A stretch of DNA of 64,000 bases from Dimorphilus gyrociliatus (taxonomy: Eukaryota; Animalia; Annelida): positions 558,001-622,000 of the forward strand of contig CAJFCJ010000021.1 in assembly GCA_904063045.1 (NCBI GenBank), in the 5' to 3' direction. Shown piece after piece: positions 23,601 to 38,600 of the stretch. The notes below the pieces were generated by a model that worked only from the letters and a program-made list of their open reading frames with translations, was not told the DNA's origin and ran no database searches. A program made the translations under genes and the position numbers. The first letter of the stretch is position 1. Each line of letters begins with the position of its first letter.

Positions 23601-26600
23601 TTTTAAACAGCTTGAATAGGCTTATTTTAATTAATTTTTCCCAAAAAATGGAATATTTTTTTCAAGTATTAATAAATAGATATTTTTAGTTTACTTTTTA
23701 TACGGGAAATTACTTTATTATTATTCTCAAGTAAGTAATATTTTCTTCTATTCTTTAAAGAAGACGAGAATTTGCCTAGCCTTTAGAAAGTAGATTAAAT
23801 TACGTCTTTAAGCTTTCAAAGATTTATTGAATGGCGTATTTAACACCATCTGTTTAAGACCGGTCGTTTCCTCTGAATGCATAAAAGTCGAATACGAGAT
23901 TTTCTCGATAAGAACGAGAAATACTTGGGATACTTCGAACGAAGTTCAATTGATTTTAAATCCTGTTCATAGTATTTAATTTAATTTCTTAGAATCTAAG
24001 ATTAGTTAAGTTAGCTGAAACCTATTAATTACCTTCAGTTTTAATATTTTTAGGCAAAGCTCTCACTCTTTAGATGAGAGAATCCTGCGGCAAATCGTAA
24101 AATATAATCTCTTACTTAACTATATTAGCCTACTTTCGAGATTTGTAACAATTCGAGGAGAGGCAGATACAAAGTTTAATCCCCCTTTAAAACTATAAAT
24201 TAAGGGAGAGGATCACCAGATGTTGTCACCAGATGACGAATAAATCGCCGGCCGCAAAAAGAACAAAAGAACGTATCTCATCAAATCCACATACAGTAAA
24301 AATCTTGTAAACGTATTGTAAAGCTACTCAGATAATTGCAGTCGTTTGCTATATTATAGCCAGAAAACTCACGTGCAACTTTATACTCTTTGCGTTAGCT
24401 ACCCTGCTAAGGAAGAGACAGGAGATATAAAAGAGATCGAAACTCTTATTGTCTCCAGCTATTCCCTTATTATTTTTTCCTTATTTTTTAAGGTTAAGAG
24501 GATTACTACCCATCAACAACCCAGATCACGTGATGCTGATATTAATTCTTGCCAATTCGATGCCCTCGATCTTAAGTGCATTACTCTATATTCATAAGAC
24601 GTGACAACGTCAATTAGCCGGACTCGAACACAGCTTGACGTTAGAAAATACTGGGCAATTTTATATGGGGAAGATTTTTCTTTTTAAATAGAGTTAAAGG
24701 GAATAAGAAAGTGACAACGCCCGCCAATTATTTTGCCTTTTAAAAGAACAGCATCTGCAGATTAAAGGCATCAAGTACGAAAAGTACACTTTTTGTTTAT
24801 CTACGATATCGTACTCTTCTCTGGTTTAGTCTTTAAGAAAGAAAACTCCGTATCAGATTGTACAAAGTCGATCCGACACGTAGCAATTATTTCTTTAAAA
24901 AGAAAACGGGCGTCGTCCCGCAGGCGAAAATCTCATAATTGATGACAGGTGACGCTTACCGTCTCAGGAAAATAGCGATCATAACCGCCAGCATAACCAG
25001 GAGCAACAATACGGCGACTGCAGATCCCGCAATAATTCCAGTTTCGCCATTAGAAACACTTCCATCCGCTCCATTTAGAGGACCTTCTGCTTTTTGAACA
25101 GTTCGAACGGACACCTTGGTGCTAAACTGCCCCCAGCCTAATGATGTATTGGCCCTCACTTTAAATGTATATTGAGTATCATACTCCAAATCATTTATTT
25201 CTATTTCCAAATCTTCAGCTTTTAGTGAGTATAGTCTTCCGTCAGGATCACTTTCATTGACATACTGGATTTCGTAATGTTCAATCGATGTTCCATTGTA
25301 TTGAGGTGCCTTCCAGCCTAATGTTACTTTGTTTCCTTCAACCTTCGTTACTCTCACATTTTCCGGACGACCGGGCACTGTAATAGAACTCGATTAGTTT
25401 CAAGTGTCTTTGCCTTTGTCTATGTTACTATAAGAATTTAACGATTACATAAGATCCATTCAAACTTCACGGGATAGCCTTAACAATAACCCTTTCCCCC
25501 CCACGGTTAAAATCAGGATAGCTTTAAAAAGGTTATACTCGGAGAAAAAGAATTACGATCCCCTTAATAAAAGGCCATAATTAGATATTCTATGGATTCT
25601 GATTTCAGAGGAACGTCTCAGAGCCAAAGCACACTATCTCAAAAGGTTAAAAAAGCGATTTGAGTAATGGGATTCACAGTCAACTTGGGTAAAGTTAGCT
25701 AACAATTAAAAGGTTGTCAGAAAGCTAATTAAATATTTTCTACTCAACAAGATGGCTTTTATTATTAAGTGCATTTTTTGGACTTTCCAAAATGAGTCTT
25801 CCTTCAATTTTCCTGTTTGGCATTTAGCAATTTAAATATAAATTATTAATTTTAAAGAACAATAGTTCAGACGTGCCAGCAATGAGCTAATTACCGGAAT
25901 TTTATATTTTTTTGTACATAATCATACTGACAAGGCGTATTGTCGGTAATGAAGTTCAATATTTGGCCGAATTACTGACGACATATTTACCCATTACCTT
26001 TTTGTTTGTGGAGCAAAGCATTTTTATTATATTATATTTGAAATGGCGAGAAAATTCACAGACCTAGTAGCCGCCTAGCGGGAAAAGTGCAAAAATACCC
26101 AACGGTACCTTATCTGTTAAGCTTTTTCTTGCCTCTCTTCCCTAGGTGCCCAGAAGTTGACAAGTAACCATCAATAATGAAGGTCAATGTTAGTTAAGTT
26201 AGTGACGTATTTACTCATTTAAGCTTTTTTTTTACTATTTACACGGTAAATTATTGATTTATTGGAATATTATATAGTTGGAGCAGTAGGCAGCCAAGCG
26301 GGATATCGGAAACAATTCGTCCATGTGTTAGCAAAACCGATTTACAATGGAAGAAGAAAGAAGAAAAGAAAAGAAAGAAGGAAAAAAATTTCCGATTGCG
26401 GCTGAGCGCACAGAGGCGTTGTGAGAGACGTTACTCACTTCCTTTTTAATTAAAAAAAAAAGAAAGAAAAAAAATAAATAAAGCGGGCTGTAAACAATAA
26501 TAGCTCGTTATTCTTTTGTATAGGTGGTAGCGGAGTGGGATAAAGAGAGTTGGAAAACGTTGGGATAAGAAGCGAAATTTTGTGTAATTTTCGCCGCCAC

Positions 26601-29600
26601 AGCTGATAACACACCCCTAGGGCAGTATAATAACGGCAGTAAATAAGCACTTGGGCACAATAGAAATCATTAGAGAACAGTGACAATTGTATCCATGATG
26701 CAGTACGCCACAAAAACTGTCATTGTTCAGTTCTGGCAGCGGTGACTATTATATATTATACGCTATTACTGAGGTTTTTCGTCCATCTAAAACACCCTCC
26801 CCCTTTTTTTCTTTTCTTACAGGTGGCAGGAGTCGTAGGTATTTTAAAGACCTCCTAGCTCGTTCAACTTCCCGCCTTCTTCCACCTTACCGTTTTCCCT
26901 ATCTAAAAATAGCGAGTGCCTGGAGTCGATAGAAATAGAGAAAGACACCAAGAGGAAAAGAGGGAATATCATAACAAAAGAAGTTTTAAGGCATTAAAAG
27001 GTTTTTTTTGTAACAACCCGCTTAAAATATATAATGAATATATAAGTCATATAAAGAATTTCCCATTTAAATATTTTCGCAGCCCCGATCGATATTAAAG
27101 TGGGTTAGAAAAAAAGAGTTGACGTCACACAGTAGGGAGTAAATCGCTTTTTTGGGGGAAAAAGAGATTTTTCAATAACTTTGTTAGAGTATCTCAAAAT
27201 TAGCGCTATCTCGAAATCCGACATGCAAATATGTTTTTCCTATATAAGCAAGAACGTGTAAAAAATACTAACGGGCATCACTCGTCCGGACGGTAATCAA
27301 GGTTGATTTCATAGATTCTTGCCCCGCTTGTTCGGAGACGCCGTTGAGTGCATAAACAATTACTCGATAGTCGCTGCTGGTATCCAAATTGTTAAGAGTT
27401 ACGCGAGTATCCGTCACTTCAGAACTTGGTTCATAGGACACGTTGGGTCCACAATCGTGACACACCACCTTATAATATAAGTCACTGCGTCCATTATCTT
27501 CTGGTGGTAGCCAAGTGAGCACTGCTTGACGTTGATCGACACTCTCAGTCTGTAAGTTCCGGGGTTCAGATGGAGGGCGTGTGCAAGACATATTATCATC
27601 ATCATTCTTATTTCTGTAGTATCCGATTTTACATTGACAAATCCTGGAACCAGGAGCAGTCGATTCGGAATAAGCCGGGCAAGAGATGCATATTGAATTA
27701 CCCTTCTCAGGTTTGTACTTTCCAACGGGACACACTGTTGATAGAAAAAACAAAGAGATAGTGTTTAATGCATGTCACTTTTGTAATAACAGTGTATATC
27801 ATATAAAAGAAAAAACGAGTCAGGAATAAAAACATTCGCCTCTAGAAGGCAGATACCAAAAGAGATATTTGTCATATTGATAAGCTTTTTATCCCTTACG
27901 AATTTATCAATGTCAAATATCGGTATTCGTATCTGTCGCAGGAAAAAGTAGAAAGAGAGAAAATTACTAGCCTAACATACTCTAGCCGGAAAAATTTCAG
28001 AACTACGGAAACGCGCGGGGGGTAAAACGCCTTTTCTTTTCTCATTTTACGAAGAATTCTACTATATTCTCCCTCAATTATTATCGATTTTCAATTCGCT
28101 CCTATTTTATCTGACTATCTAACTATAGTTCTTTTTTTATTTCGAGTTATTTCATTCCTCTTCTCTCTAAAATATTCCATTTTGGTTGCAATACAAATTT
28201 GAAGGGATTTACCAATATTTTACGAATCGTAAACACTTTTTAGCCTCGAAGCAAATTTTGTTTTGTTCCTATTGAACAGTAAGTCTTCGACATACATATA
28301 CAAATCGCAAGGAAATAGCTTCCTTTATAAATTTTCGCACAATCAATTCAATTAATTAAAGGGTCATAGGAGAAGATCCGACCTACTGACTGATTAGGTA
28401 ATTCTTCTTTCCTTTGACAAGAATGCCTCAGTTGGTAACAGCATCAACTTTGATTTATTTTTCTATTGATCTCTCCTAATTACAAGAGCATAAAGGAACT
28501 ACCCACGGCTTAATTAAACAATCATTCGTATCGTCTAAACAATAACGGGGGAAAGTGAACGGCTATTACAAACAAAGATATTTTAACTAGCCTACTGTCA
28601 AATAGCTTACTAAACGTACATAAATATCAAGTCCTATATAAACAATAGTCGTAAATTTATTGTAGTCTTATTAAGATTAATACTGCTCTTACATATACAC
28701 TCTTCGCCATTACAGTTTTATCTAATCAATGTGGGCAACTCTTATAGGTAAATCTAAATTTTCGCGATAGAGTCTGAAATATACCGATGATTCGATTAAT
28801 TTAGTTTCCCGATAAGAAATCGCTATAAATAGTAAAGAGCGTCTTAAAGAGATTCTTCCCAGTTAATGAAGCGGTAGACGATTTGGGAATTGAAAGCACT
28901 TAAAAAGGCGGAAATTCGTAATTAAATCAATTTACAAAGTTTAAAACTTATGTAAAACTTATTCATTTATGCAGCAGTCAACTTTTCTCTTCCCAAACGG
29001 CAGGTGCAAAAGGTTATTTGTTTACGAAATATAAAGAAATGATAAATGCTAGATAATTTTTCAAAATGCCAACGCTTCTCTTTGTTTGTTCGTTGTTAGT
29101 GAATGGACTCGTTGTCGATTTATATGCAAACCTTTTAATTCAAGTAGATTCCCCTCTTACAAAACATTATAGTAGAAATTTAATCATCCAATAGGTCTAT
29201 CTTCTCTTAAAATCTCTTTTTTTAACCAAAAAAATGTAATTCTTTTATGTTTAGTTCCCCAACCAGATAAAGTAAAAAAATTAAAATTCCTTAAATGCCA
29301 CCTTATTATTAAGAGTAACGAAATAGATTTATTGCCTATCAAGGAAGGTTGAAAAAAGAAGTAGCACGTTAATGATATCTTCTAATTTTATGACTCTCAT
29401 AAAATTATCATCCATCTGTCACATCTACTACTGAAAATATTTGAACGGTATATGCTGCATTTACGATATGGCCTGCGCTGATTGATATCTATATACTGCA
29501 TAAAGCTATATACTTTAGATATTTATATTCACATTTCTATATTGTCTGCATATTTTGTAGAGCATTTAACAATCTTTAGTGAATACTTCTTAACTTTTAT

Positions 29601-32600
29601 CCTTTCTCCGAATATTTCCGCAGCCTTTGTATTTGCCTCTTTTCGATTTCAAGTACGAATACAAATCGTGTTGAGGATTTTCGTCACGTGTATGACGTCA
29701 CTTTGTACAATAGCACTAAATCACTCTGATCGACTACTTGGAAAATTTACTGAGAGCCTCAAAAAGGATTTGAATTCGTACTTATAGCTTTAAAAACGAG
29801 AGAAAGTTAGCACTAAAACGTAACAATTAAGGTAGAGAACCACCATAAAGTGGGATTAAAAAAGCCGATGGGCAGTTTTATTACTATTTAGTAAAACGAT
29901 TTCCATCCATTAATTGGAACCAGTATAGACAGTAGAGTGAAGTTTGTAATATTAATCCGACAGTTACTTTAAAAGAAGACATCCCTACTATAATTAAACA
30001 CGTATGTGGTATACGTTCGAAATAGAATACAAAGCGCTTCATCCAATCATGTGATATTAGCAATGTTTAGCAAGGCTTTAATCGATAACCGATACAAAGA
30101 ATACCATCGTAATTTAATCCTACTATAGTACATCTGTTCATTTTTTTTACCCCACTAAAACCCACAATAATTTTCTTGCGAAACACGCAACATTCCATTC
30201 AGAATTTTCCCAAAAGAAATTTCATTGCGTAATGTTACGTTCAAACGAAACCTGTTTGCGTTTGGTTCATTTGACAGCTAGTTTGATCGGTTGGAGGGAG
30301 GGGAAGCGAGCAGTTTGTTCAAACAATTATAACTATAGAAACACGCCAGTGCGAATTTACTAAATCCAATATTTACAAAGACATTTTATCCCCAACGCAG
30401 GCGAGACCGCATGAACGATTTTGAATACCGTTCGGGTTTGGTATTGACAAAAGGTATGAGGGAATCGAATAGAGCCGAGGGAAACGAACTGCATTATTTC
30501 GTATGATATAGATAACAGAATAGAACGAGACGGAAAGATACAAAAAGAAAATAAAAATCAATACTCACTCTTGCAATATCTGGGAGCAGTATCGACCATG
30601 TAGCCCTCTTTGCAAACGCATTCACCCTGAATATCGTACCATTTGCCCTGATGAGAACAATACATTGTTGGACTGGAAGAGAGTGGAACGGAATTTTCTA
30701 TACAACGGCCGGTCACTTTTCTCGGTGTATCATCAATAGCCGATGATGTTGTATTTGGAAATCTGGCTAATTTTGTGACACTGCTAGGACACTTTTCATA
30801 GAATATCCTCATTGTGAGCAAGAACGTGCACGTTCCTTCTTCTTGTATGGCTATATAAAATCCACCTTTCATTGGTCTAAACTTAAAAGATTCCGTGTTT
30901 ATTGATTCCCATATCTTGCTTTTAGAATCGGTGCCTTCATAGAGTCTAGTACCCGGTACTTGTTTAATCATATTCCACGAAGATTTTTTCCATTCCGGGA
31001 TTTCGCTATTAGCTATATCATCGTCGGCCTCATAGACTAGAAGAGAGAAGGATTGCTTGCATTGACTACAACGTCGCATTAAGAATTCTATTTCTATTGT
31101 GGCTTCTATTGCGTCTCTCCTCTTAATAAACGGAGATCTTATCCACGTTGGTTCGGGTTTAGGCCCTACAGGGCAAACCCCGATTCCCCTTATAGTTTGG
31201 CTATTTCTGGTAGCTGACGATTCTTTCCACTAAAAAAAGGAATCAAGGATAAGTGTATTTTCTACAGATAAAAATATATATGCAAATCATATAAGAAATT
31301 TTTCTTGGAACGAAGAGACCGTTCTTTGTTAAAATCAATAGCTTATTGACTACTGCTTTTTTATGCCTTTTTGTTCACGATTTCATTTGGCGACCGATCG
31401 ATTACAACCGATTGAAAGAGGAGAAGAAGAGAGTATTCCCGGAGGAGAAACCGAAACGGTAAAACGAAGAAAAAAAAGTAACTCTGTAGCCATCGTTAAT
31501 ACATTTTCCTTGCCTTAATTTATTTTTATCTAACAGGAAGCTAACCAAAATGACTTTTATGGTTTTCTTTTCAAGTTTTTAAAGAACAAAATTACCAAAT
31601 CGATAGCTTATCGATAAATTTTATGGATTTCGCTTAGATGCTTAGCTACTGGTTGAAGTAGGCTATTATAGTGCGGTCGTAACTTTCTAAGCCTATTATT
31701 TGTTGAATCGATGATTTCTATTGATGGTTACGTTTGTCTCATTATGATGACCAATTGGTTGCAATCGCCTTCCGGTTAGTAAGCTACCTTAGTGTACTTG
31801 TGTCATAATAAAAGTGGGATGAACCGTGAAAGAATTCTTATTTAAGATACTTTCCATTTACTTATTCCTGCGACGTTTGTCGATACTTTTATTAGACTGG
31901 ATCGTTACACTTAACGGTTTTATTGATGATTTTAATAATATAATCGACTATAGAAGTAGATTACTCAGTTAAATTGAGATTTTTTATGCAAAAGAAATTA
32001 TTTAGAAATTTTTCTACTATTCTAACACTTCTGGCTTGCAAAACGGAAAAGTATAAAGAAAATGCTATCTTTTGAACATTTCCCCTTTTGCTCTTTAAAC
32101 AAAGGCAGCTATACATAAAATCTATCGAATTATTAGTTTTCTCAGGCAACTGTACATAATGCTAGAAGAAACTTAAAGGAAAAAACCGATTCTACGCCTT
32201 ATATTTTCGAATATCGTATAGGATTACTATCTCTTTCTTCATCTCTTTTTACGTCTTCATTTTCTTCTTTTTAACACAAAAGTTTGTACTAAAGCCTTAT
32301 TTAGATTCTAAATATTACAAAAGTTTTAAAAACATGCTTTTAGTAACTATTCTTTGATTCGCCTGCGCAGAAAATTCACGCTTAAATAACTTACCTAATT
32401 CAACGGAACTTATGTTTTTTAAAGAGTTTTATAGGATTAAAAACACGCTCTTCAGGTGTACCAAGTGATTCATACACAAACGCTGCGTATCCCTTGTTTT
32501 TAAGCTCTCAATATAAATGTTTTGCTCCAAATGATAAGTAATATTATACGATTTGTGGCGAATAGCTTAAAAAAGTTATCTGTACAACTCTTTCATCGGT

Positions 32601-35600
32601 AAATATCTTCTTCAAACGTAAACAGTTTGTTATTTTAGAACTTCTATTTTGACTGCCAATACTTAATTAAGTTGGAGAGATAAAAGGAGAAGAAATATGT
32701 CAAAATACTCTATGTTAAACTAAAATTCATGTTTTACTCAAATGTTTCTTCTCTTCTTTGTTAACAGACGATGATGTGGTAAAAAAATAGGGGAAAAGTT
32801 TAAAAGTTCATTAGCTATTGGAGATGGCCTTTTGTTCGAGAGCTTTTGTAATTAAGTACGGAATTATGGATTATATATGAATCATATAATGGGGTAAATT
32901 TACTTATCTCCACTCGTCCCTTTTTAAATTATTTAGTTTAGCAACCGATGATTCGGCCTAATCCAGACTATCTTAATTAGTTTCTATGCGTTTAAATCTA
33001 CTTCTTTTATATTTTCCACGAAGGCTTCAGTAAAGTGAGTATAGGTTTTATTAAAGTCAGTTTAAAAAAGGGAAAAGTAATTTCATAACTTGTGACTTTT
33101 TAGAATTCCCCCCGCTGATTCACTGAATACAATAAAATTTAGTATTTTTTTTTTACCGCAATAGTCATATACGCTATTCATTGACCATACAAGAAATTCT
33201 TCACAATCGATAATCGATAATAATTAGGGTACAAAACGTTTTGGTAAAGGCTTTTCGTGTACTAAAAATAAAGACTTTACATTAGGAATATAATAAAAGC
33301 AATTATTTACAAATAGAACGAGAATAATATAGCAGAGGTAGATCCAGTCTAAATAAAATGCACGCTTAAGTGTTTACAGGCAGTAATAATATTGAATGTC
33401 TCGCCAAATATCAAATTTTAGCAGATGGTGTACGTTTGGACGCCGATGAATAAAAAAGAGAGGGAAAAACGAAATAAAGAGAAAATAGGTGTGGAATGAA
33501 TGAGGTTGATGGTGGGTGGAGAGGAATAAACAATTTCCGTTTAATATTTCATTTAACGAATAATAAACTATGTTATTAGATTATGATCTGCTCATATACT
33601 ATTTTCTCGTACAGATATAACATGTATGTGTATATAGCACGCAGAAAAACGCCTCTTTACTTGTATAACCATAGGCCAACAGGCGCACCAGATGAGATTT
33701 TTAACCTAGAAAATGGCTCTATCTAAAGTAAATATGAGCTAGATTTGATAGAAGATATAGAATATGAATGGGCGTATTGGAATTTTTTAATTAATGTAAA
33801 GTAATAAATAATTCAGAAAAAATTAATTTTAATCGCTTATCTTTAATATTAGAGAAAAAATAAACAAATACCTCCCCTTTAACAGGATTATCTAGTATCT
33901 AGAAGTCGGTATCAGTGATAGACGCGAAGATTATTGTGTCAAACTGATAATATCTTTGTTTAAGGGAAAAAAATCCCTAAGTGGCTACCTGGTGTCGCGT
34001 CTCTCCTTCTTTCTTTTCCTACTAGTTTTAAGACTTTACAAACACTTGAGAGTGGCATTTAACAATAAAAGGTTTTATAAATATATAAAAGCCCGTAAAT
34101 AGAAACGCGACGCGTGACGCTTGAAAGGAGTGGGAAATTTCGTTTTGTCAAACTAATAAAGCGTACAGACGAAGGCTTTTTACCTATGGAATGCCCTAAA
34201 TGAATTTTTAATAGCCTTGCACCAAGTTCAACCAGACGTGAATAAAGTAGACCGTCTGGACAATGGATTTCAATAGGAGGAAAGTAAAAAATATCGAAAA
34301 TAAATAATAAACACCTGCCCTTCCCTCTTCAAGCGGCTAAAAACGAACCGAAATACAAACAATTCTCTAGGAAACCGAATCGTTTTAGTCAATACTGACC
34401 AACTTCATAAATCTCGTATGTCCTATTCGGAAAAAATACACCACCCACATCATTCATTCTGACCTTTGACCCTTTAATACGCGAAATTATAGCGCCGTTC
34501 GATAATTAAGCCACTGCACCTGTTTTCTCACGCAACCAGCAATGAGAAGAGTAGGAAAGGGTAACTGAGGGAGGGGAAGCGGAAGAGAAAGAGAAATTTT
34601 CATTAACGTTATAGTCTAGGGATTCAACTAGTGTTTCTCCAACGTATTTTCCTAGCAAATCATTCCTTATCTATCTTTTCAGGTGGTACCATAATACGAT
34701 CAATAAAGATCCCTAATTCAGGAGGATTTACGCGTATTTACGTAGCTGCACTGTTTCAAGGTTGCAATGTATGATAAGAGAATCCGAAACAAGGAGGTTA
34801 AAAGTTGACAAAAAATAGTTCAAGCGTTTAGATCAGGGGAAATAACTTAATTCTATTCGGTATTCATATAACTTATTCCCTAAAGCTGGGTCCGGAAGAG
34901 CTAGTTTGTGAAGAACGTCTCTTATGAATAAAAGAAAAATAGTTTATATGCATATATACACGATTACGTAATAAGAAACATTGTCAGGGTAGCCCCCAGG
35001 CAATAACCATGATAGAAAAACAACTTTATTCCACCCATTTCTCTGGCAAAATAAAGATTTTCTAGTAGTATTTTGTAAATAAGAAAGTATACGCAAGTTT
35101 ATAAAGTTGATTTCGTAATCGTATATTCATATCCAGGACTCGTAAATTTCACTATGTAACAATTTTTTATTTCTCTGAACAATATCCCTGAAAAAGTGTA
35201 CTCGCCCGCAGAAAGCTACGTAAAGTTTCGAAATCGGCTATAAAATGGTAATAAATTTCGCTATAAATGAGAAAATGTGGACAATGGAAAAGCCGTTAAA
35301 AATCTTTCTTTCACTATCACCCTTTTCCGCTCTTTAGATGCTTGGCATGCTTACATACAACTTAAGGTGTTTTTGAATCTACTCTTCTGCTAACCCCTTT
35401 TAGGTTGAGGCAACCCTTGTTGACGGTAATTCACCAATATGAAATGATTTATAGAGGCGCCACTTGCACTAAACGATTTCCGGTTTAACACCCGCCGAAA
35501 CACATCAGTAGTCTCTTTACAAAGAATGGTCTCATTGTTTGAACTACTTTTCATTCCATTGTTAAATCAAAAGATGACAAAGACAGTAGTAAAAATTTAT

Positions 35601-38600
35601 TACATACCTCTTCCTTTCCAGTATTATATTTCCTCCACTCAATCGTTAGATCGCCAACCGTGTTAAATAGATCAACTGTAACAAAAAAGGGAATGATGAA
35701 CATTCATAAATCATTATAGACGGAAAAAAGCCTATATTATATTTAGTAAAGGTCGATCGTAAAATTTTTTATACAATCTGCTTATCGTCTTTTAACGAAT
35801 ATAAAACTATATAATAGACGAAGAAATGAGTTTCGGAAGAGAAAATAAACAATATCAACATTGAAGTTAAATAAAAGTAAAAAAGGGAGCATTTATAAAA
35901 ACATAAGAACGTATAAAGCATATATAAATATATGGATATATAGAAGTTAGTTTTCTTTCCGCGCCAAAATGGTTGGAAAATGTAATAATATTGTACTTAT
36001 CAACAATTATTATCGCCCATCAAACGCCGACCGCACAGAGTCGAGCGCTTGTCAACGAGTATCGATAAGAGATAGCGTAGTTTAGATATTTTTTCGAATT
36101 GAAAGTATAAATAAACAAATATAGACGGTTTTTTTTTAACGTTCTACCTCATCTGTATTTTATTCCAACCGTAGAAAAGGATTATGGATTAGAGTCCACA
36201 GTAGAAGGGAAGGGTAAGGATTTCGGGATTAGCCGATGAATCGGACTGGAATGAGAGACAAAAGGCTGATAGGATTAATGGGCGTTGGGCGCGTAAAATC
36301 GGAAAAGTAAACAAAAAAATTAGAATGTGAATAATGTATGAACAATTTTTTGATGCTTATTTTCCTTTATTCACATCCTTTATTCTCCTTGAATGGGCAT
36401 TGCCTAGCATGTGGTCATCGGCTGGTCAGCGTGTGCGCTTCATATTATATTCCCTATTTCGTATACAATTACTGATCAAATATTTCCATCGAATGTATCA
36501 ATATACAACTCAACGGACGCTGTACAGACGTTTTGTTATATATTACCAATTAATACCCGGTTCATTTCATTTTTTACAATAACAGCGGACGCTTGCACAC
36601 GCGGGACCCTCTAGCTATGATGATTCCAAAGAAATTTTCAATACGGTTTATTGTAAACAAAATAAACACAACAGATAAAAAAAGCCCGAAAAGGAGAGGT
36701 GATATAAAAATGTCAATTGTTTAATTAATTCGACACCTTTACTGTTAAAAGCCCAGTGGTATAAACGATTAAATATACAAATAAAGTTGATTAGTCAAAT
36801 GAAACCGAATCTCAAGCTTAATTCCGCTTGCTAAATTTTTAAAAACCTTAAGACAAATCGGTTTGACAGGTCAATGAGGTCTAAATCGCGAACTAAGACA
36901 AATTAGTGTCAGAAAGAATAACCTTTACCCTCAGCCTTCTTTTAAAAGAAGAAAGAAACCGGATATAAGAAACTTTCTTTTTCTATCCCTAAATTCAATA
37001 TTTCAATAACAGTAAGATGAATTCGTAAGAATATATAAAATAAATCTAACAGAAATATATTATGTTGGCTGTTTTCTAAGGCGGTTGCTTTGTTATGGAA
37101 ATATTTTTTATTAAATACTTTCCAGTACGATTAACAATTTTAATGTCAAGTTTTACTTATGTATTAAATTAATTCTTTAATAATAAAATAGATTATTGTT
37201 ACCACTTTACCTTTCCATTTTTAAGTTTAGGAATGAGAAAAAATACCGAAACGTCGAATAATAAACAATAAAGGCGCCTTAATTAATAATTCCTATCTGT
37301 TTATCGATCTAGCGATCGATCGAATCAAACACACGCATATATATATATAAAAGAGAGTAATAATGGGAAAAAAGAGACCTCCCTGTTTCATATAACCCGG
37401 TACCTAAATATTGAACGCTAACTCATTTTTTTCGATCCCACAACAAAGACCACCCATAACTAGTTGACTGCACAATAGGATCTAGTCTAATAACTCATTC
37501 ACTATTTTGCTCTTTAGTTATTACAAATGCTTATCGGCATGGACCTACTCCTCCTACCTTTACGTCGCTCTAGATGACTGTTTTTTCTTTGTAGTCGAAA
37601 AGGAAAGGTTACCACAGAAGAAATAAAAAAGAAAGAAAGAAAATACTGCCCGGGGGTAACGATTCTAAATCACGTGACTTAAACCGAATTAATGGGGAGG
37701 TTCAGTATCCTAGGCACCTTTATTACGACATACCGAGAGGGTGGGAGTCGTCGAGAGACTTTTTTATCGGTTTATTATAGCGTAAAAAATTTTTTAAAAG
37801 GGGTTGCAGAACACAAGAAAAGATCCGTCGCTTCTTCTTTTATCAATCTTGGGGCGTAAATAAAGCAGATGGTCGTAGGTTGTTCACAAAAGAAAAGAGT
37901 TTAATTACGAGTAATTACTCGCAAAAAAAGTGGATATAATTAGAGGTAGTTCATAAAAGCAAGGAAATCTCTTTCTTCGTTCTTATGAAAGTTAAAAAAG
38001 CGAAAAGAAAATTTTTCCTCCCTAGTTACTTTTTTTTTTTATTGTTACCAACATTCAAACGTTTAATATCAGATTTCTCAAACAGTAAAAAAGAAAAACA
38101 AAGACCACCCTTACTAATCATATCAAGTTTTATCAAAATATCAACTATTAACTACTGATAAGAATTGCAAAAAGGATGATGACAGCTGTGTCTTATCCCA
38201 TCAGTCTATGTATCTAGAGTAATTCCCCCCAACTCATAAAAGGGCGTTTCGCACCGACAAAAATGTCAGACGACACAAAGCCGAAACTTGCCTCATTAAC
38301 TACATTTGCATTAAAATCGCTCGGTCTCAATACCCTATCATTACTTGACGTTTTTTTTTACGTTCTAACCACAAGAAATACCTATAATACTTCTAAACAA
38401 CCCCTATGTACTTAGTATTTTACTGTACTGGACCCCTCCGAGGCGACAGAGAGACAAGATTTTTTTCTTAACATTAAATCTTATCTTTCGATTATCTAGA
38501 CGCCAGATGCGCGTCTTCTGGACCGAAAACTGACACGAAACTCTAAAATTCAAAATTACGTAATCCTGGTCATTTGCATAAATTAATCGGACAAACGGTT

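Noticed and set aside
36334-36614. Two overlapping ORFs in Eph intron 1 as a possible second nested gene
   Set aside because: They are short, with no domain and no convincing splice partners. I cannot exclude an lncRNA or micropeptide without RNA data.
37477-37487. GACTAGATCC on the minus strand matching the 5' part of miR-279
   Set aside because: The match stops after 10 nt and no hairpin is evident.
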